A stretch of 64,000 nt of DNA. Source: Methanothermococcus sp. Ax23 (GTDB lineage: Archaea > AGJL01 > Methanococci > Methanococcales > Methanococcaceae). Below the pieces are notes generated by a model. The model was given only the letters and a program-made list of their open reading frames with translations, ran no database searches and had not been told where the DNA came from. How positions within the stretch are numbered: position 1 is the stretch's first letter; every line of letters starts with the position of its first letter. This document shows, piece after piece, positions 1 to 9,825 of the stretch. The stretch is taken from positions 672,001-736,000 of the forward strand of contig NZ_CP157522.1 of NCBI RefSeq assembly GCF_049075655.1. Direction: 5' to 3'. The translations under genes and the position numbers were made by a program.

Positions 1-1
1 G

Positions 2-385
2 AACTGGGTTTCATCAGTTAGACTGAATTTTCCAAAGATGGAGGTAATCACGGGAACATGGGTTGATAAACTTACAAATATAGGTCCTTTAATAATGAGT
101 GGTTCAAATACCATTACAAAGTTTCCATTATTTAGCATATTTGGAAAGAAAGAGGGAATCACAGTAGAAAATGAAATAAAATCTACTGGAAGGGAACTAC
201 TGGGGACTTTTTCAGATATTGAAGTGTTGGAAGGAAAAAAGAAACTTAAAAATACGCCTTATGTTGATGAAGATATAATAATAAGTGATAAAAACATTGA
301 ACTACTGAGCTCTCTAAAAGATAAAATTGATGATAAAGTAAATAGCTATATTTTGAGAACCTTAAAAAGAGTTAATAATAAATAA
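2..385 (+). CDS. 3' part of a CDS entering from the left edge (unidentified protein)
   Basis: Frame is open from position 2 to TAA at 383-385. There is no SD before the ATG at 38, so this is probably a C-terminal fragment. Confidence 0.6.
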   Translation, partial: NWVSSVRLNFPKMEVITGTWVDKLTNIGPLIMSGSNTITKFPLFSIFGKKEGITVENEIKSTGRELLGTFSDIEVLEGKKKLKNTPYVDEDIIISDKNIELLSSLKDKIDDKVNSYILRTLKRVNNK

Positions 386-430
386 TTGGAAATATGGGCG
401 TAATATAACGAATAATAGAAAGTGATAATT

Positions 431-943
431 ATGAAACATAGACCTTTAAATAGTGAGGAAGTTAAATCAGTTAAAAATATATTAATCAACTACATCGGAA
501 AAAACATAGAAAACTTTAAATTTGAGAACCTATATGTTTTGGAAGATAAAGATGAATATGTGGCAATATATGCAAATAAAGAAGTTCTCGAAACTCTTAA
601 AAACTTTGATAGAAATATCTATGGTGCAGGCATTTCATTTGGAAATTTTGAAATTAAGCGCAGTGGCAGTGAAAATAAAATTAAATTTTCAATATCCTTG
701 GAAGGCATGTCGTTGATTTCAAAAGATATTATAAAAAATTATGTGATTGTAAATAAAAAAGGCGAAACTTTATTTTTATACGGCAGAGATGTATTTAAAT
801 CATCGATTTTGGAGATAAATGGCGGAGGAAAGGTTGCAGTATTTAATAAAAATAAGGAGCTCCTTGGTGTTGGGAACTATGGTGGAGGAGATATAATCAA
901 GAATATCATTGACAAGGGATGGTATTTGAGAAAAGGTGGATAA
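431..943 (+). CDS. NIP7-like / UPF0113 PUA-domain ribosome biogenesis protein
   Basis: Motifs FLYGRDV...VAVFN...LLGVG and C-terminal DKGWYLRKGG. ATG 431 follows AGTGAT; the ORF track gives GTG 422. Confidence 0.8.
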   Translation: MKHRPLNSEEVKSVKNILINYIGKNIENFKFENLYVLEDKDEYVAIYANKEVLETLKNFDRNIYGAGISFGNFEIKRSGSENKIKFSISLEGMSLISKDIIKNYVIVNKKGETLFLYGRDVFKSSILEINGGGKVAVFNKNKELLGVGNYGGGDIIKNIIDKGWYLRKGG

Positions 944-982
944 TTATTATATTAATTTAAAAAAAGAATAGATGTGAAAAAC

Positions 983-1795
983 ATGAATTCAAAAGAATTG
1001 GTTAGTAGAATTTTAAATGATATTTATGAAAATTTAGATGAATATTCAAAAGATTTGATAAGGGCATGCAATTTCGATGTGCAATTTAAGAATTTATATA
1101 TTATAGATGATAAAACAGGAAAGAAGGTAAATATAAAGAATTTAATGGATTGTGAGAACATTGCATCCTTTGAGGCTCAAAATAGGATATATAAATTTAA
1201 AAAAGTCAGTTTAAAAAAGATGATTGATGAGATTATAATAATACACATGTCATCGAGAAAATCAAAAGATGGTTATTCTTTTGAAGTAGATAGTGATTAT
1301 AAGGTGGTTGAACCATCCATAGTTATAAATTATGAACATAAGGAAAGAATATTAATGTGGAATGAGCTCACCGAGGAGGAGCTCGATGAAAAACTTGCAG
1401 ATTTTGACATGAAAATCAATACAATAACTGAGGATGTTTTAAAAAAGATAGGATGTATTGATAATAATAATTTTGTAGTGTATATGGATGTATTTATGGA
1501 TTTAGAGATTATTAAGAACATCACTGAAAAGGAAGGAAATATGGTAATGATTTGGGTGCATCCGTTGTTTATATTTTCAAATGATAATGTGGTAAAGGGA
1601 ATCATAACATATGAGCTCTCAAAATACAATAAAAATATACTCGAAATGTTCTATAAGGATATTATGGAATACTGTAAAGAATATAAAAAGCTCTGCGGTA
1701 AAAATTTAAAGATATTGGAAAAGATAAAGGAAATAGCAATAAAAAGAAATGATGAAAAGGTTATTAAAGCCATTAAAGAGATGGAATTTATTTAA
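983..1795 (+). CDS. hypothetical protein
   Basis: ~271-aa ORF with host-like composition, co-oriented with its neighbours; no family recognised. Confidence 0.7.
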   Translation: MNSKELVSRILNDIYENLDEYSKDLIRACNFDVQFKNLYIIDDKTGKKVNIKNLMDCENIASFEAQNRIYKFKKVSLKKMIDEIIIIHMSSRKSKDGYSFEVDSDYKVVEPSIVINYEHKERILMWNELTEEELDEKLADFDMKINTITEDVLKKIGCIDNNNFVVYMDVFMDLEIIKNITEKEGNMVMIWVHPLFIFSNDNVVKGIITYELSKYNKNILEMFYKDIMEYCKEYKKLCGKNLKILEKIKEIAIKRNDEKVIKAIKEMEFI

Positions 1796-1874
1796 TTTAT
1801 TAAATATTAAATATTATCTTTATTATCTTTATTTTTTACTTTTTTATTGATTATTTTTAAAGATACGTGATATT

Positions 1875-3080
1875 ATGAAACTCAGACAGATTCCAGAGGA
1901 TTTTATTGTTGAGGAGATTTTAGACAATGATATTGATGGTATTAAAAGTAATACTGATAAGGGAAGTTTTAATTTATACATTTTAAAAAAAACAAACATA
2001 GAAAATTTAAAGGCGTTATCCTATGTTTCAAAAGAATTCAATATTCCATTGAAGGACATAGGATACTGCGGTTTAAAGGATAGACACGCTATTACTACGC
2101 AGTATATAACCATTCCATCAAACTACGGGACATTATCAATTGATGAGGAAAATTTAAAATTAAATTATATTAAAACCATAAAAAAGCCACTAAAAATAGG
2201 GGATTTAAAGGGAAACAAATTTAAAATTACAGTTAGGGGCATTGATAAAAACAATTTTTTAAAAATAGGTGAAAATTTAAGAAATCTAAACTTAGGAGCT
2301 CCGAACTATTATGATGACCAAAGGTTTGGAAGTGTATTTCATAATAAATTCATAGCAAAAGAGTATTTGAAAGGAAATTATGAAAATGCACTAAAAATAC
2401 TGCTTATAAATTACAAAAAAAGTGAAAATAAACGAATAAAAGATTTAAAAAGATACATAAAAAGTAATTGGAACGACTGGAAGAAGATTTTAAAATACAT
2501 CAAAAACAACAAAATAAAAAGCAAAATGTTTGTGAATATAATAAAATACCTAAACTATGAGGAAAATCAAATAAATTACAAAGAAGCCCTTAAATATGTT
2601 GATAATCGACTAAAAAAGCTTTTTGTATCTGCATATCAGAGTTATCTTTGGAACGAGTGTGTGAAGGAGCTCCTAAAAAATTACATCCCAAAGGATGAAA
2701 GGATTTATTTAGATTACAGTTGTGGAACATTTTTATTTTATAAAAAAATCGACGATGAACTATTTAATAAATTAAAGGATAAAACATTCCCAACAATTGC
2801 ACCAGATATTGATTATAATGAATTTGATGAAGAATATCAAAACATAATATCAAAAGTTTTGAAAAAGGAAGGAATCAAACTGAATGATTTTAATAAACTA
2901 AATGATTTAGGCAAACTTTCTTATTCTGAAAGATATATTTTGTCCATTCCAAAAAATATCAAATATGAAACCTTTAAAAAAGATGAATTAAATAAAGGGA
3001 AATATAAAATAACTCTTGAATTTGAGTTGAATAAAGGTAGCTATGCTACAATAGTAATAAAAAGAGTATTTAATGCTTAA
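1875..3080 (+). CDS. truD: tRNA pseudouridine(13) synthase TruD
   Basis: PEDFIVEE, GYCGLKDRHAITTQ (catalytic Asp), GNKFKI, NYYDDQRFG, SAYQSYLWN, FELNKGSYAT. Confidence 0.95.
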   Translation: MKLRQIPEDFIVEEILDNDIDGIKSNTDKGSFNLYILKKTNIENLKALSYVSKEFNIPLKDIGYCGLKDRHAITTQYITIPSNYGTLSIDEENLKLNYIKTIKKPLKIGDLKGNKFKITVRGIDKNNFLKIGENLRNLNLGAPNYYDDQRFGSVFHNKFIAKEYLKGNYENALKILLINYKKSENKRIKDLKRYIKSNWNDWKKILKYIKNNKIKSKMFVNIIKYLNYEENQINYKEALKYVDNRLKKLFVSAYQSYLWNECVKELLKNYIPKDERIYLDYSCGTFLFYKKIDDELFNKLKDKTFPTIAPDIDYNEFDEEYQNIISKVLKKEGIKLNDFNKLNDLGKLSYSERYILSIPKNIKYETFKKDELNKGKYKITLEFELNKGSYATIVIKRVFNA

Positions 3081-3754
3081 TTATTTTTTTCCTTATATAA
3101 ATTATAAATGTATTCATTCCATTTTAACCACATTTCAGAAGTATCTTTATTTACTTCGCTAAATCCCATAGTAATATAATAATTTCCTATTTTTCTATAA
3201 TAGCAGTAGCTTATTGGTGTGCTGTTCTCATATTCGGATGAGTAAGTGTATTTATAATAATCCCCATATTTAAAGTGCAATTCAGTTTTTGAAACTTTTA
3301 TATATTCTGGATTGTCTAAATTTGGTTTGTAGTTTCTCACATCAAAATTTATTACATTTCCATTTTTAATGTATGTCTTTATTTTTCCCTTTTTGTATCC
3401 TTCTGATATGTCGAGGACATTTGAATATGGTAAGTCCATAAATAAATCATCCAATGGAACATTTTTTGAATAATCTACATAAATTATATCATCTGAATTG
3501 TTGTTGGTGAATTCATTTTCGTTGGTGGTTATGTTGAGCTCATTATTTTCATTATTATTGTTTGTATGACTTACATTATTATTTATAGAATAATTATTAA
3601 TTGATGTATTTATGTAATTAAAATTATTTAAATTATTATTTCGGTTGTTATCTGCTGTTGTGTGGAATTTGTCGAATACAACATAACCTCCCAACAATAA
3701 GACAGCCAATGAGAGAATTAATATTAATATATCCTTGGACGATGGAAAAGCCAT
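3077..3754 (-). CDS. hypothetical membrane-anchored protein with Asn-rich linker
   Basis: N-terminal hydrophobic helix, Asn-rich low-complexity stretch, then a Tyr-rich globular part. Confidence 0.7.
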   Translation of the reverse strand: MAFPSSKDILILILSLAVLLLGGYVVFDKFHTTADNNRNNNLNNFNYINTSINNYSINNNVSHTNNNNENNELNITTNENEFTNNNSDDIIYVDYSKNVPLDDLFMDLPYSNVLDISEGYKKGKIKTYIKNGNVINFDVRNYKPNLDNPEYIKVSKTELHFKYGDYYKYTYSSEYENSTPISYCYYRKIGNYYITMGFSEVNKDTSEMWLKWNEYIYNLYKEKNN

Positions 3755-3807
3755 AATATCACAGTTTTATTATTTTAATACTTTTCCCCCTCATCTATTG
3801 CATTATA

Positions 3808-4287
3808 TTAATTTTTAATATTTTTTAAATCGTTTATAAGTGAATTAAAGGAATAATAAGGTATATTTTTTATTTGGACTTTATCTTTTACTTTATCTTT
3901 AAATATATCTACTAATTCTTCATCATATTTTATAGTGTATTGGGCAATATCGGAGCTCCTAACTCTTATTCCAACGCCCACACGGTGTATGGCACCAGGT
4001 AGTTTTAAATATATTGTAATAAATTTATCGGGATATACTGCAATAAGAGATACTTCGTTCCATTTAAACAGTTTAAGCCGAGTTTTTATGCCCTCATCTG
4101 TGATTATAATTTTTTTACTGCTGAGGCTGTATGTTATTATCAAGAATACTAAAAATACCATTACTGCAATAACAACTGATGCTGTTAAATCCCCCGTAAA
4201 AATATACAGCATAATTGTTGATTGAATAACACATGTTATTATAACATACTTTAAATGTTCCACATAAATGCTTGCTGTTTTATACAT
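3808..4287 (-). CDS. hypothetical 2-TM membrane protein (paralog of 5465-5938)
   Basis: Two TM helices followed by IIITDEGI...FKWNEV. GAGGGG SD precedes ATG 4287; the ORF track start is 4299. Confidence 0.7.
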   Translation of the reverse strand: MYKTASIYVEHLKYVIITCVIQSTIMLYIFTGDLTASVVIAVMVFLVFLIITYSLSSKKIIITDEGIKTRLKLFKWNEVSLIAVYPDKFITIYLKLPGAIHRVGVGIRVRSSDIAQYTIKYDEELVDIFKDKVKDKVQIKNIPYYSFNSLINDLKNIKN

Positions 4288-4348
4288 GTTCCCCCTCATG
4301 CAAAATGGTTATAAAATAGCAAAAATATAAATAAATGTATATATTTAA

Positions 4349-5449
4349 TTATTCCAAAACTAACGCCTTTAACTCTTCGGGTCTGTGGAGCTCACCACCG
4401 ATTTTATCACTAAGCACCACATCGCATTTAGCGTATTTCATTACCTCTCCAACAATCTGACCTAAATTCATTTCAGGAACTATGATTTTTGAAGCCTTTA
4501 AGTTTTTTATGAGCTCATCAGGGAATGGATAAACTGTAATCAATCTAATATATCCTACATCATGCCCTTCTTTTCTCATTTCCTCAACAAGATATTTTAC
4601 AGTTCTTGAAGGTGTTCCATAGCATATAAACATGGTTTCGCTGTCAATATATTTTGCTTCGTATTTTATAATGTCGTCTTTATTGTTTAGTATTTTGTTG
4701 CAAATCCTTTTTACCAGTTTTTCATGGGTTTCAGATGATACATCAGGATATCCTCTTTCATCATGGGTTAAACCTGTAATATGAACATTGTACCCTTCTC
4801 CAAATATTGGCATTTCAGGAACTTCTTTGTCAAATGGGTATGGTTTTTTACATGGTTTTTCTTCTGGAAGAGCTCTGTTTATTATAGGAATATTATCATG
4901 TAAAACTACCTTTTCCCTCATATGCCCTACAATCTCATCAGCCATAATAAAAACTGGAATTCTGTATTTTTCCGCATAGTTAAACGCCATAATCGTATAG
5001 TCATACATCTCCTGAACAGATGATGGTGCCAATGCTATTGGCTCGTAATCACCATGACTTCCCCATCTTATTTGCATCATATCTCCCTGACTTGCATAGG
5101 TTGGCTGACCTGTTGAAGGTCCTCCTCTCTGAATATCCACTATTACGCAGGGAGTTTCGGTCATAAAGGCATATCCTATGTTTTCCATCATTAAGCTTAA
5201 TCCCGGACCTGATGTTGCTGTCATGGATTTTAAGCCGCCCCAACTTGCACCGATAACACATGCTATACTTCCGATTTCATCCTCCATCTGAACATAATTT
5301 CCTCCAAACTTTGGGAGCTCCCTAGCCATACCTTCGGCTATCTCTGTTGATGGTGTAATTGGATAACCTCCAAAAAATTTACAACCTGCTTTGAGAGCTC
5401 CTTTTACACATGCTAAGTTTCCCTGAATAAATTCCACATTATCAGCCAA
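4349..5449 (-). CDS. korA: 2-oxoglutarate:ferredoxin oxidoreductase alpha subunit
   Basis: YPITPSTEI, QMEDEIGS, TATSGPG, QRGGPSTGQPT; TTG start after AGGTGAT. Confidence 0.9.
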   Translation of the reverse strand: MADNVEFIQGNLACVKGALKAGCKFFGGYPITPSTEIAEGMARELPKFGGNYVQMEDEIGSIACVIGASWGGLKSMTATSGPGLSLMMENIGYAFMTETPCVIVDIQRGGPSTGQPTYASQGDMMQIRWGSHGDYEPIALAPSSVQEMYDYTIMAFNYAEKYRIPVFIMADEIVGHMREKVVLHDNIPIINRALPEEKPCKKPYPFDKEVPEMPIFGEGYNVHITGLTHDERGYPDVSSETHEKLVKRICNKILNNKDDIIKYEAKYIDSETMFICYGTPSRTVKYLVEEMRKEGHDVGYIRLITVYPFPDELIKNLKASKIIVPEMNLGQIVGEVMKYAKCDVVLSDKIGGELHRPEELKALVLE

Positions 5450-5464
5450 AGTATCACCTTATTT

Positions 5465-5938
5465 TTATTTTTTTAAACTTTTCATAAATCTATCTAAATC
5501 CTGATAATCCGTATAAGTAATCTTATTTTTGATTTTATCATTAAATAGTTTTATAATATTTTCATCATATTTAATCATATATTCAGCAACATTTGACAAT
5601 TTTGTCTTCACATAGCGATATTTGTAATATTTACCCATTTTCTTAGATACTATAATTTTAATTATTATATATTGATTTGGGCATATTATAACGCATTTTA
5701 CATCTTTCCATTTATATATCTTATTTCTTATTTTAATTCCTTCATCGTTTAGAATTATCGGTTTTTTTGATATAATATATCCTGCGATACCATAAATCAA
5801 TCCCATAATTGACACAAACAGGAATGAGCTCATGTAATCCCCAGTTGTAATATAAAGTCCCGCCCAAAATACAAAAAGTATCCATATAAATAAAAATTCC
5901 CAATTTGGTAGAAGTGTGGTGTATCCTTTATATTCCAT
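5465..5938 (-). CDS. hypothetical 2-TM membrane protein (paralog of 3808-4287)
   Basis: Two TM helices followed by IILNDEGI...YKWKDV; GGAGGGG SD. Confidence 0.7.
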   Translation of the reverse strand: MEYKGYTTLLPNWEFLFIWILFVFWAGLYITTGDYMSSFLFVSIMGLIYGIAGYIISKKPIILNDEGIKIRNKIYKWKDVKCVIICPNQYIIIKIIVSKKMGKYYKYRYVKTKLSNVAEYMIKYDENIIKLFNDKIKNKITYTDYQDLDRFMKSLKK

Positions 5939-5956
5939 AACACCCCTCCCGCATTA

Positions 5957-6877
5957 TTATTTACCTACAACATACTTATATACGACATCTAACTTCTCCT
6001 TTATTCCGTATTTTTTGAAATATCTTAAAATATTTTCCAAATCCCTCTTTAAATAATATTCAGTATTTACTTTAAATTCTCCCGGTAGTTTATCCAATTT
6101 TAATTTTATATCATTTTCATCTTTTATTTTTATCGCCTGCGGGAAGTCAATTATTAGGAAATTTCCATCTTCATCAATTAATATGTTAAATTCGCTTAAA
6201 TCTCCGTGAATATATCCGAGCTCATACATTTTCTTTACTTCGTCTATTATATCCCAAAACAATTTGTTAATATCTATGTCCAATTGGTTTAAATCCACTC
6301 TTTTTAATTCATCCCCTTCCATTTTTCCAATAATTAATGCATGTCTATTTTGCTCAATTGGTTCTGGGACTTTTACAATTGGGAACAAATCACTTAATAC
6401 TTCAAATTCCTTTTCCGCCGTTAATCTTGAAGCATATAACCAACTGATATGTCGTTTATCTGCCAAATAGCTCCTGTATCTCTTTCCCCTTGTGAAGCAT
6501 GTTCTCCCTAAATTATGGAATTTTAAAACTGCTTCCCTGTTGTTGCTTAATAGGACATTATAAACATCCCCTTCTTTTCCAACGCCTAATTTTCCGCCTA
6601 TTGCAGTAATGATTCCTTTTTTAATAAATGCATTTAATGCCAATGCATCATATCCTTTATGGGAGAGTCTATAACCATAGCTACTTCTATTTATGAGTTT
6701 GAACTTATCCAGTATTTTTAACCTGTATAATACCTCTTTTTTATCGAGCTTTGTTTTCTTAATTATTTCAGGCAATGGAACCCATTCATAATACCTCATT
6801 GATACTTCAATGATTTTTAAAACTCTCCAATCATCTTCTTTCATTTCCTGCAATGTGTTGATTAATTTTTCTATGAT
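5957..6877 (-). CDS. rio2: RIO2-family Ser/Thr kinase
   Basis: N-terminal wHTH with GYDALAL, GVGKEGDVY, HGDLSEFNI, IIDFPQ. Start uncertain: TTG 6853 in the track, or SD-supported ATC at 6877. Confidence 0.9.
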   Translation of the reverse strand: MIEKLINTLQEMKEDDWRVLKIIEVSMRYYEWVPLPEIIKKTKLDKKEVLYRLKILDKFKLINRSSYGYRLSHKGYDALALNAFIKKGIITAIGGKLGVGKEGDVYNVLLSNNREAVLKFHNLGRTCFTRGKRYRSYLADKRHISWLYASRLTAEKEFEVLSDLFPIVKVPEPIEQNRHALIIGKMEGDELKRVDLNQLDIDINKLFWDIIDEVKKMYELGYIHGDLSEFNILIDEDGNFLIIDFPQAIKIKDENDIKLKLDKLPGEFKVNTEYYLKRDLENILRYFKKYGIKEKLDVVYKYVVGK

Positions 6878-7050
6878 GATTGCACCTCCATAGTAATCTA
6901 TAAAATGTAGTTTTATATTAATTTAATAATAATTTTTATAATGTCTATTTACGTACTTATTTTATTTATTTTATAAATGTTTATCAATTTAAAATAAAAA
7001 ACTTATAGTGATTATCTGTTTAATGATATATTATTACCTTGGTGGTTAAA

Positions 7051-7608
7051 TTGTTTTCTAAATTTATAAATCATCTGATAAAAAATTTGGAGGTTTTGAA
7101 GGAATTTGACGAGAATTTAATAAATATTCTTATAAATAATATCATATCCACTAAATGTGAAAAATCCAAGATATTTATATATGGGGTTGGGAGAAGTGGG
7201 TATGTGGGAATGGCTTTTGCTATGAGGTTAATGCATTTGGGATTCAATTCACATTTTATTGGAGAATCAACCTGTCCGGCTATTGCAGATAATGATTTAC
7301 TAATAGTTATATCTGGAAGCGGTAAAACATGCTCAGTAGTTAATGTATTAAAAAAGGCAAATGAACTTAAAAATGAGAAGTATAATAATTTAAAAATAGT
7401 TTCAATTAGCTGTAAAAAGGAAAACACTATAAAAGAATTATCTGATATGCACCTTCATCTAGAAATCCACAATGATAAGTGCTTTCCAATGGGGACATTA
7501 TTTGAAGAGATTGTGTTTATATTTTTAGATGGAATTATATATTTATTAATGGAGAGATTGGATATTTCTGAAAATGAAATGAAAAAAAGACACTGTAATT
7601 TGCAGTAA
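7051..7608 (+). CDS. SIS-domain protein, 6-phospho-3-hexuloisomerase (Phi/HxlB)-like
   Basis: GVGRSG, FAMRLMHLG, ISGSGKT, PMGTLFE, RHCNLQ end. Confidence 0.85.
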   Translation: MFSKFINHLIKNLEVLKEFDENLINILINNIISTKCEKSKIFIYGVGRSGYVGMAFAMRLMHLGFNSHFIGESTCPAIADNDLLIVISGSGKTCSVVNVLKKANELKNEKYNNLKIVSISCKKENTIKELSDMHLHLEIHNDKCFPMGTLFEEIVFIFLDGIIYLLMERLDISENEMKKRHCNLQ

Positions 7609-7728
7609 TTATAAAAGTAAAATAAATAAAATAAATATAAAAACTGAAAAATATAAAAAATTAAAAAAATATTAAATAATATTATAAATTATTTTTAAAT
7701 ATATTATAAAAAAGGAAATGGTGAATTT

Positions 7729-8814
7729 ATGAAATTTGGATGGATATTGGCAAACAATGAAGATTGGGAAGAAAGAAAAGAAACTGTGAAAGATGCTCTT
7801 GAAAGCTCAATTCCTGCGGTCATGGTTCCAAAGAATGACATTGAAAAAGTAAGGGAGCTCGGAAATATAAAAATTATTTCAAATGATTTAGATGCAGATA
7901 TTGTAGTAATAAATAAAGATGAAGATTTGGATATACTTTTCAACGCAAAAAAGCTTGGAAAAGAAACTGGCGTTTATGTATCCATAGAAAGCAAGGATGA
8001 TGAAGAATACGCTTCAGAAGTAAGTAGATACGATTATGTTGATTACATAATTTTGGAAGGAAAGGACTGGACAATTATTCCATTGGAAAATCTTATAGCA
8101 GATTTATTCAATGAAAATATAAAAATCGTATCTGTGGCAAACAATATTGAAGATGCAAAAACAGCTTATGAAATACTTGAAAAAGGTGTAGATGGAGTTC
8201 TTTTAGCTCCAAAGGATACCAACGATGTTAAGGACTTTTCAAGGTTAATAGAGAAAATGAATTCCGAAAAACTAAAATTGGAATACGCAGTTATAAAAAA
8301 GGTTGAGCCTGTTGGTAGTGGCGATAGGGTATGTATTGACACATGCTCAATGATGGAGCTCGGAGAAGGTATGTTGATAGGTTCCTATTCAAGAGGCTTG
8401 TTTTTAGTGCATTCAGAAACAGTGGAAAACCCTTATGTTGCTACAAGACCATTTAGAGTAAATGCAGGACCTGTTCATGCATATATATTATGTCCGGGAA
8501 ACAGAACAAGATATTTAAGTGAGTTGAAGGCAGGAGATAGCATATTGATAGTTGATAAGGATGGAATGACAAGAGAAGGTATCGTTGGCAGAGTAAAAAT
8601 AGAGAAAAGACCTTTAATGCTCATAGAGGCAGAATATAGTGGGGATATAATAAGAACAATATTGCAGAATGCCGAAACCATTAGGCTTGTTGGAGAAGAT
8701 GGGAAACCAATCTCAGTGGTTGATTTAAAAGAAGGGGATAAAGTTTTAATAAAAGCAGATGAAAATGCGAGACACTTTGGAATGGCGATAAAAGAAACAA
8801 TCATTGAGAAATGA
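7729..8814 (+). CDS. aroB': 3-dehydroquinate synthase II (archaeal AroB')
   Basis: DWTIIPLENLIA, GDRVCIDTCS, RPFRVNAGPVHAY, ARHFG. Confidence 0.95.
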   Translation: MKFGWILANNEDWEERKETVKDALESSIPAVMVPKNDIEKVRELGNIKIISNDLDADIVVINKDEDLDILFNAKKLGKETGVYVSIESKDDEEYASEVSRYDYVDYIILEGKDWTIIPLENLIADLFNENIKIVSVANNIEDAKTAYEILEKGVDGVLLAPKDTNDVKDFSRLIEKMNSEKLKLEYAVIKKVEPVGSGDRVCIDTCSMMELGEGMLIGSYSRGLFLVHSETVENPYVATRPFRVNAGPVHAYILCPGNRTRYLSELKAGDSILIVDKDGMTREGIVGRVKIEKRPLMLIEAEYSGDIIRTILQNAETIRLVGEDGKPISVVDLKEGDKVLIKADENARHFGMAIKETIIEK

Positions 8815-8898
8815 CTATAAATTTATATTAATATTTTTACTATTTTTTATTTTATAATTTATAACATATATTCATAAGATGTATTGTGTGGTGTGATG

Positions 8899-9657
8899 AT
8901 GGTGTTTATTGGAGATGTTGAAAAAAGATTGAATAAAATCCTGGAAGAAGAAGGAGCTCTATATTTTATACTAATAGACCCTGATGAAAAAAATTGTATT
9001 GATATAGCAAAAAAGGTAAAAGATTACGCTGATGCCATAATAATGGGAGGTAGCATAGGTATTACTAATTTAAATGAAATTACAAAAGAAATTAAAGAAA
9101 TAGTTGGGGATATTCCTATTATTTTGTTCCCTGGCAATGTGGATGGTTTGACGCCCCATGCAGACGCTGTTTTTTTCATGTCTTTAATGAATTCAAATAA
9201 CACCTACTGGACAACTATGGCACCTACATTGGGGGCAATTACTGTTAAAAAATACAATTTGGAAGCAATACCTATGGCATATTTGGGAATCGAACCTATT
9301 AAAAGAACCGCCGTTGGTTTTGTAGGTGAAGTGAATGAGATACCGCAGAGAAAGCCAGAAATAGCAGGAATGTATTGTCTATCTGCTAAATACTTTGGTA
9401 TGAGGTGGGCATATTTAGAGGCAGGAAGTGGTGCTGAGTTCCCTGTAAGCAATGAAATGATAGCAATATCAAAAAAATTAAGTGGAATAAATATCATTGT
9501 GGGTGGAGGTATAAGGACGCCAGAAGTAGCATATCAAAAGGTTTTAAGCGGTGCCGATGCTATAGTTACGGGAACTCTCATTGAAGATAATCCCGATGCA
9601 GTAAAAGAGATGAGAGATGCCATAAAAAAGGCAGGAATGGAGAAATTAAAAAAATAA
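8899..9657 (+). CDS. geranylgeranylglyceryl phosphate synthase
   Basis: LIDPD, GGSIG, ILFPG, YLEAGSGA, VGGGIR, IVTGT. Confidence 0.92.
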   Translation: MVFIGDVEKRLNKILEEEGALYFILIDPDEKNCIDIAKKVKDYADAIIMGGSIGITNLNEITKEIKEIVGDIPIILFPGNVDGLTPHADAVFFMSLMNSNNTYWTTMAPTLGAITVKKYNLEAIPMAYLGIEPIKRTAVGFVGEVNEIPQRKPEIAGMYCLSAKYFGMRWAYLEAGSGAEFPVSNEMIAISKKLSGINIIVGGGIRTPEVAYQKVLSGADAIVTGTLIEDNPDAVKEMRDAIKKAGMEKLKK

Positions 9658-9825
9658 AGATAATTATTTTTCATTATTTCTTGTTGTTACTTTATTTTAA
9701 ATTTTTTTAATTTTCAAATTTTGTAATTGGCATTACTCTATTTTATCGACAAAATCAATTCGTAATTTATATATGGGGGCAATTACATATATTATACATT
9801 ATATATGGTGCTATTTGGTGGTAAT

